Assembly (NCBI GenBank): GCA_013360195.1
Contig: JABWCQ010000011.1
Span: 32,671 to 96,670, forward strand
DNA: 64,000 nucleotides
Source: a bacterium
GTDB taxonomy: Bacteria; Electryoneota; RPQS01
Reading direction: 5' to 3'
Both the position numbers and the translations under genes were made by a program. Below, piece by piece: positions 1 through 9,165 of this stretch. Under the pieces are notes generated by a model, which searched no databases, was not told where the DNA came from, and worked only from the letters and a program-made list of their open reading frames with translations. Every line of letters begins with the position of its first letter. Position 1 is the first letter of the stretch.

Positions 1-1663
1 AATTTTGCTGTGACAACGAGCCTGCTCCAAAGGTCGGGACAAGCCAAGCCTTCGCTTGATTTACACAGTGTCCAATGTGCTCGGTTTCTGTTACCGCAAT
101 TGCGTATCCCAATCCACCCGTTACACACAGATTTTCCGGCGGGTGGGTTCCTGATGTGGCCATGCCAAGTCCTGTCACGCCCCCTTTGGGAGAGGCGGCG
201 GTACCGGCGAGAACCCATGACTCGGAAAGGGCTGTTCCAAACTCAAAGGAACCTGTGGCACAAGTTACAGTCAAGCAAATCGGTGTTCGGGCGCCATTGT
301 TGCATTGTCCGGCGACTTCATTTCCCATACCCCCAATCCAACTTCCGCGCCAAAGGAAAATTCCGCGGCCAGCATTCAGTTGGCTGGTAATATCCGAGTT
401 ATTGACCTGATTTCCGCTGTGCGTGAGCAAATAGACCGAGTCGATGGCGGTGTTACGCTTCAGCATGTCAGCCATCCATTGGAAGGTCGTGTAATTAGAC
501 GTCAACTCCAAACTGATTCCTGCATAAAGAAATGCCTTGCGGAACCAAGTCGGATCGGCCATGTGCGGATTGCGCTCGTAGCCGACGGTCTTGCCGAAGA
601 TATTTGCAAGGTCGGTTCCGCTCGAGGCGCAAAAACGGCCGACACCGATATCCTCGATGTCATCGAGCGTGTTTGCCAGCGCATAGCCGTGGTCATAATC
701 GGAGCCACCGGAAACCGGAAGTCCCCAGCTCGCCTGCGGATCGCCAATGAGGCAGACATATTCCAGCGGGCTCTCATCGGGGGCTTCAAGCCATGCGTCA
801 CGGATTTCCGTGATAATCTGCGATGCCGACCAGTTGGCAGCCTGCATCACCAACACATCATGTCCAGAGCGCTTCTTCCACAGGGCGAGACTGTCCACCC
901 ACGGATTCACCTGATCGTTCGTGCGGGCGAAAATCATGTAGGTGCCGGGAGTCGTGGTCGCGTCATCTAACGCGGCGTCATCGAGGTTCTCAATCAGCTG
1001 CTGATAAATCGGCGTCCATGAACCGGACGGGCGGCGGACACGTTCAATTTCGTTGAAACCGGGCTCGTTGTTTGGCACGATATCCACTTGAATATCACGA
1101 TAAACGCGTGCCTGACCGGTCACAGGATTCACCTGAACCGGATTGATGCGAACGGTGACTACGCGGAAATCGCGCATAATCATCGGTTCGGACATTTCGG
1201 CGATATTGGCAGGGAACCACTCGTCCCGATTGAAAATGTTCGGATTGCGGCTTTCTTTGCGGAATTCGTGGCCTTCAGCAGTGTAGGGCAGCGGATTGTA
1301 GTTATCGATGAGTTCGTACTCGGCACTCATCACCACAAGGTCCACCCCACCGGTGGCCGGAATGCGATAGAATCGCGACACGTGCGGCAATGCGGGTGAA
1401 CCATCTTCCGTGATGATCGCTTCTCCGTCAATGCCGATGAAGTCGTAATTCTCGAATTCCCTTACGAGAGTCTGGCGTTCCAGATTACTTCCGTCAAAGC
1501 GAATCGAGGTGTACTCAGGGCCAGTCTTGCTGACCTCGAGTGCCGCTCCATTCCCTTGGAACGTTGAGTATATTGGTCCGCGGCTCTCTTGTGTGGCAAA
1601 TACCACGCATGAGAAAGCAAGTAAGGTGAAGGCGCTAAGAAACAGTCCTGGTCTACTTGCCAT
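1..1663 (-). CDS. Peptidase C25 (gingipain-like cysteine peptidase) family protein, N-terminal ~554 codons; gene continues beyond the left edge
   Basis: Absent from the ORF track because no stop lies in the window. My reverse-complement translation from ATG 1663 (GGAGG at 1671-1675, 7-nt spacer) stays open to position 1. It reads MASRPGLFLSAFTLLAFSCVVFA (signal peptide) ... FYRIPATGGVDLVV ... EYVCLIGDPQ ... SDYDHGYA ... DIGVGRF ... ICLTVTCATGSFE. This is the C25 propeptide plus His/Cys catalytic-domain pattern. The in-frame ATG at 1687 has no SD. Confidence 0.7.
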   Translation of the reverse strand, partial: MASRPGLFLSAFTLLAFSCVVFATQESRGPIYSTFQGNGAALEVSKTGPEYTSIRFDGSNLERQTLVREFENYDFIGIDGEAIITEDGSPALPHVSRFYRIPATGGVDLVVMSAEYELIDNYNPLPYTAEGHEFRKESRNPNIFNRDEWFPANIAEMSEPMIMRDFRVVTVRINPVQVNPVTGQARVYRDIQVDIVPNNEPGFNEIERVRRPSGSWTPIYQQLIENLDDAALDDATTTPGTYMIFARTNDQVNPWVDSLALWKKRSGHDVLVMQAANWSASQIITEIRDAWLEAPDESPLEYVCLIGDPQASWGLPVSGGSDYDHGYALANTLDDIEDIGVGRFCASSGTDLANIFGKTVGYERNPHMADPTWFRKAFLYAGISLELTSNYTTFQWMADMLKRNTAIDSVYLLTHSGNQVNNSDITSQLNAGRGIFLWRGSWIGGMGNEVAGQCNNGARTPICLTVTCATGSFEFGTALSESWVLAGTAASPKGGVTGLGMATSGTHPPENLCVTGGLGYAIAVTETEHIGHCVNQAKAWLVPTFGAGSLSQQN

Positions 1664-1801
1664 GAAGGCTCCTCCAATTTCGTACATTTGGTTGCGGCTG
1701 ACCGCCGGTCGGGACCGGCTGGGCTAATTCATGCTAAAGTAAGGAAACGAGCGGGGCCATGCAAGTATGACGGTGGCTCAATTTACATTTCTCGACTGGA
1801 A

Positions 1802-1837
1802 AAAGGCGACATGACTACAAAAGCCCGAGTCGCCTTT
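1802..1837 (-). terminator. Possible weak terminator hairpin downstream of the S9 peptidase gene
   Basis: AAAGGCGAC (1802-1810) pairs with GTCGCCTTT (1829-1837). The 18-nt loop is large and only a short U run follows on the minus strand. Confidence 0.3.
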
Positions 1838-1960
1838 CTCTTAAAAAACAATGTCTTATAAGATTGAAGTTCTCGTGAACTGCTCAAGGCCTCGATTTCG
1901 CCTCATTTCTGACCGTACAATTGAGGGAAACAAGTGACCTTCGCGATGGCCAGGAGCCGC

Positions 1961-4483
1961 TTACTTCCATGTGCTCATTCGAGCCTCCCAAGCCTCCGGC
2001 TGGTCTTTCAAATACTTGTCAAACCACTCCAGCATCATCTGCCGATGCAAGATTAGATTCTCGTACTTGCTGTTGATATTGTGGGTCTCGTTCTGGAAGC
2101 GCGCGTATACAACGTCCCTGCCGAGGAGTTTCAGCGCAACAAACATTTGGTCTGATTCCAGCCACGGCACGTTCGTATCATTCCCACCATGCAGGATTAA
2201 CAACGGTGTCGCAATTTTGTCTGCATTGTAGATGGGAGACTTTTCCACGTAGACATCTCGATCACTCCACGGGAATTGCCCGGGAGAAGCAAGGTCGCTG
2301 TACCAATATCCCCACGTGCCGCCGCCGAAGTAATTGGTGATATTCGAAATTCCGTACATATCAATGGCGACTTTGAACATCTTTGTTTTGGTCAGCAAAT
2401 CAAGTGTAATGAAGCCGCCGTAGCTGCCGCCATAACAGCCCATGCGTTCGCTGTCCAAGTAAGGATGCGCCGCCAGAAGTTTTTGCGTCCCTTCAATGAC
2501 GTCCTGCGTAGCCTCCGTTCCCCAATCACCGGCGTGGTAGTCCGCAAACTCCTGTCCCCGCCCCACTGCGCCGACTGTGTTCAACACATAGACCACATAG
2601 CCATTGGCAAGCCAAAGCTGGTTCTGAACGCTGAACCGCTCATCGCGCGGAGATACTCCGGCGTAGAAATAGACGATCAGCGGCCACTTCCTGTCGGGAG
2701 TGAAATCGGCGGGCTTGTACAGCCAACCGTCAATCTCAATACCCAGCCGGTTTGTGAAATTCCACTCTTCCATGGTTCCTAATTCCCACTGCGATGCTGT
2801 CACCTGATTTGTCATCACGATAGCCCGTTCAGCGGGAGTGGAGAGAGAATTGACGTAGACCGCCTTGGGAGAATTGTAGTCCGAGGCGACATAGGCAACA
2901 CGTGATCCGTCTTTGGCATATGCCGGATCATCCGTGAAATCAAAGCTGGTCTTGACCGCTCGATACGTCACGTTTTTGCCATCCAGTGAAATTCCTGCAA
3001 ACTGCCGCTCACCGCGGTAGCACACATGCGCATACAGTTTCCGGTCGCGTGGGTTAAACAAGATCCGCTGGTGTCCGCCCTCGTCGTTAACGGAAAAATC
3101 CTGATTTGCCGTGAGGTTTTTATGCTCACCCGTGCTCAAATTCAGCGTGTACAGACGCAGCTGATTCACATTGTGGTACGTTGTATCCTCAGGTGACGCG
3201 TCGTGCGAACCTGCACAGTAGGCAATGTTATTCTCATCTATCCATGCTATGTTTTGCGGATACTCAAGAAGCGACCGATTCAATACTTTGGCTGCTTTGC
3301 CGGATAAGACGTCAAGCGTCCAGAATTCCTGCCTCATGTAAGGTCGGCCAAGCTTCGGTATGTTGTTTACCAGTAAAATGCGTTCACCGGAAGGTGACAC
3401 CGACCACTTCTGGATCTCGAATTCACCAGCCTTTGTCAGTTGCCGCGTAAGCCCGCTTCCAATTTCAGCAGCAAAAAGCTCCCTGCGGTTGTTATAGCCC
3501 GTTGGTCTGTCGTCCATGTCGCGAAACAGGTCGTATCCGGACTTGTTTTCAGGCTTTTCTTCAGAGCGACTGTAAAAAATCTCGCGCCCGGACGGGACAA
3601 CTTTGAAACTTTCAAGATCCTTAATTGCCGGCAAGAGATGTGTCAAGGCCTTGGTGGACATGTCAAAGGACCAGATTTCACTCCCGTCGTCCATACTCTT
3701 CTTGAAGTACAGTTTCTTTCCATCGTCTGAAAAAGCAAAAGCCGAGACTCGGTCTTCGGAAAACGTGTAGTAGAGTGCGGACTTGTCGAGTTGCCAAAGC
3801 TCAAACCACGACTTCTGCCTATGCTCTTCACCTTCCCGGACGGATCTCTTGAACAAGAGGTGTTTTCCGTCCGGCGACATCACAAGCGAGCTGTAGTCTT
3901 CGAGCTTCGCATCATATCGGAAATGGGCAGGACGTTCCGGCAATGTTGTGCCTACGAGTACAACTCTGTTGGAGACCGTGTCCTGTTTGACCTTGGCGCC
4001 AATCTGCCAATCGCCGCTGTCCTGCTTCTGTGAGACTGTTAGAATCAGCAGTTCAGTACGTGTGCGGTCCAAGATGAGTTCGCCAGAGGCAACATAACGG
4101 CCGCTGTCCGCGCTAGTGGCTTTGGCAACCTCCTTGCCGCCGGCATATACAACAAGTGGCCGCGACCCTGACACTTCGAGAGTTGTTTTGACATACCCGT
4201 CCGCTGACAAATAGGACTGCGCAAGCACTGCCGCGCGATCAACAGACGTCGAAAATCTCAAGAACTCGACCGGGTCTGCCTCAACTGTTGTGAGCCGGTT
4301 TGCCTTATTCAATTCCACCTTGACTTGTTCCAGCAAGTCGGAGGTTTTTACCGCTGAATCGCCGAACATCACCGGCGCAAGCGGAATCGGATCCGAGAAC
4401 TTCCAGGAAGTTACGGCAGTTTCCTTGGCCAATAGACTGGAGGCCAAGACAAGGAGCAGAGTTATTCGAAGCATGGGTCTCAT
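1961..4483 (-). CDS. S9 family serine peptidase (prolyl oligopeptidase / acylaminoacyl-peptidase type) with N-terminal TolB-like beta-propeller, secreted
   Basis: 840-aa ORF with signal peptide MRPMLRITLLLVLASSLLA. Propeller-type repeats are present (SPDGKHLLF, SDDGKKLYF, SPSGERILL, AKDGSRVAYV). The C-terminal hydrolase has the GGSYGG nucleophile elbow, LHGGNDTNVP (Asp) and NETHNI (His). Confidence 0.85.
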   Translation of the reverse strand: MRPMLRITLLLVLASSLLAKETAVTSWKFSDPIPLAPVMFGDSAVKTSDLLEQVKVELNKANRLTTVEADPVEFLRFSTSVDRAAVLAQSYLSADGYVKTTLEVSGSRPLVVYAGGKEVAKATSADSGRYVASGELILDRTRTELLILTVSQKQDSGDWQIGAKVKQDTVSNRVVLVGTTLPERPAHFRYDAKLEDYSSLVMSPDGKHLLFKRSVREGEEHRQKSWFELWQLDKSALYYTFSEDRVSAFAFSDDGKKLYFKKSMDDGSEIWSFDMSTKALTHLLPAIKDLESFKVVPSGREIFYSRSEEKPENKSGYDLFRDMDDRPTGYNNRRELFAAEIGSGLTRQLTKAGEFEIQKWSVSPSGERILLVNNIPKLGRPYMRQEFWTLDVLSGKAAKVLNRSLLEYPQNIAWIDENNIAYCAGSHDASPEDTTYHNVNQLRLYTLNLSTGEHKNLTANQDFSVNDEGGHQRILFNPRDRKLYAHVCYRGERQFAGISLDGKNVTYRAVKTSFDFTDDPAYAKDGSRVAYVASDYNSPKAVYVNSLSTPAERAIVMTNQVTASQWELGTMEEWNFTNRLGIEIDGWLYKPADFTPDRKWPLIVYFYAGVSPRDERFSVQNQLWLANGYVVYVLNTVGAVGRGQEFADYHAGDWGTEATQDVIEGTQKLLAAHPYLDSERMGCYGGSYGGFITLDLLTKTKMFKVAIDMYGISNITNYFGGGTWGYWYSDLASPGQFPWSDRDVYVEKSPIYNADKIATPLLILHGGNDTNVPWLESDQMFVALKLLGRDVVYARFQNETHNINSKYENLILHRQMMLEWFDKYLKDQPEAWEARMSTWK

Positions 4484-4492
4484 CGAATTGTG

Positions 4493-5038
4493 TTATTTGA
4501 AGAAAAAATTGCTGATGTAAATTGCTGCAAGTATTCCCGTAACGTCGCCTATCAGACATGCGGCCAGCGTGTGCCGGGTGCGGCGAACTGCCACAGAGCC
4601 AAAATAGACGGCGAGGACATAGAACGTTGTTTCCGTTGAACCCATCAGAACAGACATCATATTTCCAATCAGTGAATCCGGCCCATGTGCAGTTAGTCCC
4701 TCGGAGAGAACGCCAAGTGCGCCGGATCCCGACATCGGGCGAATGATTGCCATGGGCAGGATTTCCGGTGGTATACTCAGCGGGGAAAGGACAGGACTCA
4801 GTGCGCTGACGACCGCATCCAGTGCACCTGAGGCGCGGAATATTGCGATTGCACAGAGGATTGCAACAACGTAGGGAATGATGCGCACTCCGACGTTAAA
4901 GCCTTCCTTTGCCCCCTCAATGAACTCCTCGTACACTCTCACTCGCTTGAACATCGCCGCAGCAGCGATTATGAGAAACAGCACCGGCACCGCCCAATCG
5001 GATGCCGTTTGCATCACGGCGAATAAAGCGTCCTTCAT
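4493..5038 (-). CDS. spmB: Spore maturation protein B-like nucleoside-recognition (Gate) domain membrane protein
   Basis: 181-aa polytopic membrane ORF with a 4-nt overlap with the upstream spmA-like gene. The N-terminus FKRVRVYEEFIEGAKEGFNVGVRIIPYVVAIL matches the SpmB family as I remember it. Confidence 0.75.
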   Translation of the reverse strand: MKDALFAVMQTASDWAVPVLFLIIAAAAMFKRVRVYEEFIEGAKEGFNVGVRIIPYVVAILCAIAIFRASGALDAVVSALSPVLSPLSIPPEILPMAIIRPMSGSGALGVLSEGLTAHGPDSLIGNMMSVLMGSTETTFYVLAVYFGSVAVRRTRHTLAACLIGDVTGILAAIYISNFFFK

Positions 5039-5640
5039 TCCGCCGTTTCCTCGCTTGGCTGTTTGTACATGCGGCGTCGTTCAAGCAGTTTCACAGCTAT
5101 GAGACTCGCAGCCATTGAGATTATCGTTGCAAGAAGCGTCGGACCGATGATTCCTGTGGGATTTTGTGATCCGGCTGAGGTCCTCATCGCAATCACCGTA
5201 GCTGGTATCAACGTGATTGAAGCAGAGTTCATTGCGAGGAACGTTGCCATCGCGTTGGTGGCCGTGTCCCCCAGCTTGCTCAAGCTCTTGAGGTCCTGCA
5301 TGGCTTTCAGTCCAAGTGCTGTCGCCGAGTTTCCTAAGCCCAACATATTGGCGGCCAAATTCGACAACATTGACCCCATCGCCGGGTGCTCGGGAGGCAC
5401 ATCTGGGAACAGCCGCCGCATAACCGGTTTCATGAGTTTAGCAAGCCCTTGCACAAGCCCGGCTTTCTCTGCTAACCTCATAAATCCCAACCACAAAGCC
5501 ATTATTCCGATCAAGCCAATGCACAATTCCACCGACGTCTTCGCCGCTTCCACAGTCGCTTTCGTCACTTCGGCCATCTTGCCCGTAAACATCGCGGTAA
5601 TTACACCGATAAGTATCAATCCTAACCAGACTACTTGCAC
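5035..5640 (-). CDS. spmA: Spore maturation protein A-like nucleoside-recognition domain membrane protein
   Basis: 201-aa ORF with GTG start 5640 preceded by AGGAG. It is collinear with Bacillus SpmA from memory (VWLGLILIG..., FPDVPPEHPAMGSMLSNLAANMLGLGNSATALGLKAM, ITLIPATVIAMR). Confidence 0.85.
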   Translation of the reverse strand: MQVVWLGLILIGVITAMFTGKMAEVTKATVEAAKTSVELCIGLIGIMALWLGFMRLAEKAGLVQGLAKLMKPVMRRLFPDVPPEHPAMGSMLSNLAANMLGLGNSATALGLKAMQDLKSLSKLGDTATNAMATFLAMNSASITLIPATVIAMRTSAGSQNPTGIIGPTLLATIISMAASLIAVKLLERRRMYKQPSEETAE

Positions 5641-5667
5641 GATTGCTCCTAAGTTTTGATTACTAGC

Positions 5668-5696
5668 AGTTTACGAAAAGTGTTTGGGAATTGCAA
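5668..5696 (-). promoter_or_regulatory. Putative sigma70-type promoter of spmA-spmB
   Basis: On the minus strand: TTGCAA (5696-5691), 17 nt, TAAACT (5673-5668). It ends 28 nt upstream of GTG 5640. Confidence 0.35.
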
Positions 5697-5813
5697 TGAA
5701 CCCGCAACTGGCACGAAAAATTTGCTTTCCGGGAGGCTTGGTGGAACTGATTTTGGGAAACTTTCCCTGACCCAAATAGTTGAAAAAACAATGGGTCGAG
5801 GGATACCTAAAAA

Positions 5814-5842
5814 TTGACATTTCCGGTCAAGGAGTGTATATT
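5814..5842 (+). promoter_or_regulatory. Putative sigma70-type promoter of ispG
   Basis: TTGACA (5814-5819), exactly 17 nt, TATATT (5837-5842). It ends 49 nt upstream of ATG 5891. Confidence 0.5.
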
Positions 5843-5890
5843 AGCAGATTACAGGATTGTCAAAGCTGATTAAAATTGTCATATTAGAAA

Positions 5891-7084
5891 ATGACTTTGT
5901 TTGAATTGCCGCTGAAAGGCAAATGCACGGACAAACCGGGAGGAGGAACGGCTCTTCCGGTTTTGGGCGAATTCACTCCTCAATCGTTCCGGCACAAGCG
6001 CGTGCGCGAATGCCGCATCGGCTCGGTCACGATCGGAGGAGAGCATCCGGTGGCAATTCAATCCATGACCCTCACGGATACTCGGGACGCAAAAGCCACC
6101 CTCGAGCAAATCCATCGGCTTGAAGAGGCCGGATGCGAGATCATTCGCGTAGCCGTTCCCGATGACGAAGCTGCGGCGGCACTTTCCGAAATCAAGAAGA
6201 ATATGCGGGTGCCACTCGTCGCGGACATACATTTTCACTACAAGCTTGCATTGAAGGCGATTGATGCCGGCGTGGACAAGATTCGCATTAATCCGGGCAA
6301 CCTTGGCGGCGAAGGCCGCGCGAAGGTGGTCACGAAGGCGGCGCTTGACGCGGGAATCGCGATGCGTGTGGGAGTGAACTCCGGCTCGCTTGAAAAAGAC
6401 CTGATTGACAAATATCAAGGTCCGACTCCCATGGGCATGGTGGAGTCGGCTTTGCGGCATGTTCAATGGCTGGAGGACGAAGGCTTTACGAATCTTACGG
6501 TTTCGCTCAAGGCTTCCAATGTGCCGCGCATGATTGAGGCCTACACGTTGTTCCGCGAGCGCAGTGACTATCCGCTGCATCTAGGCGTAACTGAGGCTGG
6601 CCCAATCTTTACCGGTTCGATCAAGTCGGCATTGGGAATTGGCTACTTGCTTCAGAATGGAATCGGAGAGACTCTGCGTGTGTCCCTGACCGCGGATCCG
6701 GTTGAAGAGGTGCGTGTTGCCTGGGAGATCTTGAAGGCGCTGGGTCTGCGCACGAAAGGAGTCAACCTTGTTGCCTGTCCGTCGTGCGGAAGGTGCGAGG
6801 TCGATCTGCTTGACTTGACCGCGCGAGTGGAGAAAGCTGTAGCCAAGATAGAGAAACCTTTGCATATCGCCGTCATGGGCTGTGTCGTCAACGGCCCCGG
6901 AGAAGCCCGCGAAGCAGACCTCGCCGTCGTCGGCGGCAAAGGCAAGGGCCTGTTGATGAAAGACGGCAAAGTTGTCGCCACGCTGCCTGAAGATGAATTG
7001 ATTCCGGCATTGCTTCGAGAAGCGGAGCTTTATGACGTTTCGATGCGACCGAGCGGGAAAGTTAGGTTTGTGGCGAGTGCGTAA
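5891..7084 (+). CDS. ispG: 4-hydroxy-3-methylbut-2-en-1-yl diphosphate synthase (flavodoxin), MEP pathway
   Basis: 397-aa ORF. RIGSVTIGGEHPVAIQSMTLTDT, IIRVAVPD, RINPGN and the C-terminal Cys ligands ACPSCGRC ... VMGCVVNGPGEA are hallmark GcpE/IspG motifs. Confidence 0.95.
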   Translation: MTLFELPLKGKCTDKPGGGTALPVLGEFTPQSFRHKRVRECRIGSVTIGGEHPVAIQSMTLTDTRDAKATLEQIHRLEEAGCEIIRVAVPDDEAAAALSEIKKNMRVPLVADIHFHYKLALKAIDAGVDKIRINPGNLGGEGRAKVVTKAALDAGIAMRVGVNSGSLEKDLIDKYQGPTPMGMVESALRHVQWLEDEGFTNLTVSLKASNVPRMIEAYTLFRERSDYPLHLGVTEAGPIFTGSIKSALGIGYLLQNGIGETLRVSLTADPVEEVRVAWEILKALGLRTKGVNLVACPSCGRCEVDLLDLTARVEKAVAKIEKPLHIAVMGCVVNGPGEAREADLAVVGGKGKGLLMKDGKVVATLPEDELIPALLREAELYDVSMRPSGKVRFVASA

Positions 7085-7096
7085 GGAAGGGAGCGG

Positions 7097-7660
7097 ATGG
7101 TGCTGTCTAACCTAGAGTTGGTTGAAGACTTTGCCAGCGCACTCGTGAAATTCGACGCTGGCGGGGCAGTTTTCAAGGATTACCGTCCGGGCGTTGGCCC
7201 CCACTCTGAAGACGCGATGGTGAAAGCCGCCATGAGCATTCTTCGTGACTCCAAGCCTGAAAGTTGGGGAAGGGCAAGAACTAAACGAACGCCAGATTTG
7301 CTAATAGAAGGCGACTGGCAGATAGAAGTCAAACTGCTTCGACCTTACGGCGACAATAACAGAATCGCGGAAAATTGGTCGCAGAATCTTCTTCATCCCT
7401 ACGCTGGCAATGAAAGTTGCTTAGGGGACTGTTTGAAGCTCTTAAGGAGCGAACGGCAGGAACGTCGCGGAATTCTCGTTGTCGGCTACGAGCACAATCC
7501 TTGCAAGACCCCTCTCGAACCGTGTTTACGCGGTTTTGAAATACTTGCGAAGTCTATATTAGGAGTGGAACTCTCTAAAAGAGAAGAAGTGGTTTGTACT
7601 GGACTCATTCACCCTGTTCATCAGGTTGCCCGAGTTTCGTTTTGGGAAGTTGTCAAGTAA
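7097..7660 (+). CDS. Hypothetical protein with restriction-endonuclease-like PD-(D/E)XK signature
   Basis: 187-aa ORF with GGAAGGGAG RBS-like sequence upstream. The core TPDLLIEGDWQIEVKLL fits PD...(D/E)xK. No methyltransferase or partner gene is adjacent. GC is lower than its neighbours (hand counts of two 60-nt lines: 47-48%). Confidence 0.5.
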   Translation: MVLSNLELVEDFASALVKFDAGGAVFKDYRPGVGPHSEDAMVKAAMSILRDSKPESWGRARTKRTPDLLIEGDWQIEVKLLRPYGDNNRIAENWSQNLLHPYAGNESCLGDCLKLLRSERQERRGILVVGYEHNPCKTPLEPCLRGFEILAKSILGVELSKREEVVCTGLIHPVHQVARVSFWEVVK

Positions 7661-7673
7661 TTTGTTGTCAAAC

Positions 7674-8036
7674 ATGCCCGCCAAAATATCCATAGCCTCC
7701 ACTTTCTCCCAAATTCATGACTACGAGAATCCGCGCATCGCGGCGATGGTCAATGAATGCGCGGTGAAGTTCGTCAAGCTCAAGGGTGATTTTGTGTGGC
7801 ACCATCACGAGGAAGAAGACGAACTCTTCCTGGTCGTCAAAGGCTCGCTCGTGATGAAATTGCGCGACGGAGACGTGACCGTGAATGAAGGCGAAATGAT
7901 CTTAATCCCACACGGTGTTGAGCATTGTCCTGTCTCCGAAGAAGAAGTCCATTTGATTTTGTTTGAGCGCGCGACGACCGTGAATACGGGCAATGTCTTG
8001 AACGAGAAGACGAAAGTTACGTTAGAGACGATTTGA
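7674..8036 (+). CDS. Cupin domain protein
   Basis: HHHEEEDELFLVVKGSLVMKL...GEMILIPHGVEHCP is the two-motif cupin signature. I moved the start to ATG 7674, because the track start 7626 overlaps the previous gene. Confidence 0.75.
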   Translation: MPAKISIASTFSQIHDYENPRIAAMVNECAVKFVKLKGDFVWHHHEEEDELFLVVKGSLVMKLRDGDVTVNEGEMILIPHGVEHCPVSEEEVHLILFERATTVNTGNVLNEKTKVTLETI

Positions 8037-8054
8037 CAGTTTGACCCCCCTTTA

Positions 8055-8076
8055 TCCCCCCGGAAGACCGGGGGGA
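8055..8076 (+). terminator. GC-rich hairpin after the cupin gene (possible terminator, no U-tract)
   Basis: TCCCCCCGG (8055-8063), AAGA loop, CCGGGGGGA (8068-8076). This is a 9-bp perfect stem followed by AATCAG, not by a T run. Confidence 0.35.
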
Positions 8077-8095
8077 AATCAGAACCCAGAGAACA

Positions 8096-8851
8096 TTGAG
8101 CAGCTTAGTCGAAAATATTCAAGTGGAGCCTCGGAAGGGGCCGAAGTATCTGTTCTTTGACGTGGAAGTGACGCGAATCGTGGATGCGACGCCGACTGTC
8201 AAATTGTTTGACTTACGTGTGCCGGGCCGCGACTCCTACAGGTTTCAAGCCGGGCAGTTCGTTCAGATAGATTTTCCGATTGATGCGAAAGTCACCCGCC
8301 GCAGCTATTCCATCGCTTCGGCGCCGGACGGAGGGAATTCGTTTCAGTTGTGTGTGGGCCGCGTGCCGGACGGATTGGCAACTCGCTACCTGTTTGAAGA
8401 CGTTAAAGTCGGTTCAATTCTGAAGGGGTCCGATGCTCTCGGCCGATTTGTGCTGCCGGATGTTGTGGAGAAGGAAACCTGTTTCATTTCCACAGGAGTC
8501 GGGATTGCGCCATTTCGCTCCATGCTGCTTGACGGCTACGCGCGCGGTATTATCAAGGCCCCGGTCAGCCTGTTTTTCGGCAACCGCCACGAGTCTGACA
8601 TTCTCTATCGCGATGATTTCGAACACATGCGCAGGCAATTCGGATTGCACTTCTTCCCCGTGTTGTCAAGACAGCACGATTGGCACGGGCCGCAAGGGCA
8701 CGTGCATGTGCATTACACGAAGTTTTTTGCCGATAAGCGTCCGTGCACTTTCTATCTCTGCGGCTGGCGCGCCATGCTTGACGACGCGCGCGCGCATCTG
8801 ACCGAAATGGGATATGACCGCAAGGACGTTAAAATCGAGTTGTATGACTGA
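8096..8851 (+). CDS. FAD/NAD(P)-binding oxidoreductase, ferredoxin-NADP reductase-like (no Fe-S domain)
   Basis: 251-aa ORF with RSYSIAS (the RxYS FAD motif) and STGVGIAPFRSM (the GxGxxP NAD(P) motif). The C-terminus has the FYLCGWRAM type CG motif. Start is TTG 8096; GTG 8123 is an alternative. Confidence 0.75.
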   Translation: MSSLVENIQVEPRKGPKYLFFDVEVTRIVDATPTVKLFDLRVPGRDSYRFQAGQFVQIDFPIDAKVTRRSYSIASAPDGGNSFQLCVGRVPDGLATRYLFEDVKVGSILKGSDALGRFVLPDVVEKETCFISTGVGIAPFRSMLLDGYARGIIKAPVSLFFGNRHESDILYRDDFEHMRRQFGLHFFPVLSRQHDWHGPQGHVHVHYTKFFADKRPCTFYLCGWRAMLDDARAHLTEMGYDRKDVKIELYD

Positions 8852-8892
8852 TTGCAAATAGGAAATTTGAAGCAGATCAATAGGGAATTTAC

Positions 8893-9153
8893 ATGAGCAA
8901 TGTTGAAACGACCACCGACCTCGATCTCGAATTGTCGCAGAAGGTCACGAAACTGCTGGATATGTTCCGCCCGATTTTTCAATCGGAAGGCGGAGACGCG
9001 CAATTGATCTCCTTGAAAGAGGGTATCGCGACGGTGTCGATGGGCGGAGGATGCGAAGGCTGCGGCGGCTCACTTTCGGCGATGGAAGGCGGTGTGCGCC
9101 GGACTCTGCTTGAAAAAGTCGAGGGTCTGCGCGAAGTTGTCATTGTCTCATAA
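8893..9153 (+). CDS. NifU-like (NifU C-terminal / Nfu-type) Fe-S cluster scaffold/carrier protein
   Basis: 86-aa ORF. FRPIFQSEGGDAQLISLKEGIATVSMGGGCEGCGGS matches the IRPxLxxDGGD...GxCxGC pattern of the Nfu domain. Confidence 0.8.
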   Translation: MSNVETTTDLDLELSQKVTKLLDMFRPIFQSEGGDAQLISLKEGIATVSMGGGCEGCGGSLSAMEGGVRRTLLEKVEGLREVVIVS

Positions 9154-9165
9154 AGGACTGGTGTC

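Noticed and set aside
10-1727. Plus-strand ORFs in the first 1.7 kb (10..390, 75..410, 305..970, 823..1056, 1088..1399, 1509..1727)
   Set aside because: All lie antisense to, or out of frame with, the continuous minus-strand C25 peptidase reading frame (1-1663). Their translations are Arg/Pro/His-rich, have no motifs and have no RBS.
5063-6580. 198-aa plus ORF (5063..5659) and 233-aa minus ORF (5879..6580)
   Set aside because: They are mirror-strand shadows of spmA and ispG, whose products have unmistakable family motifs. The shadow translations are low-complexity and lack start-site context.
7097-8036. The low-GC stretches (7097-8036 and 17658-18276) considered as a mobile element or prophage remnant
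   Set aside because: No integrase, transposase, tRNA target, or flanking direct or inverted repeats are visible. They are reported only as possible horizontally acquired single genes.
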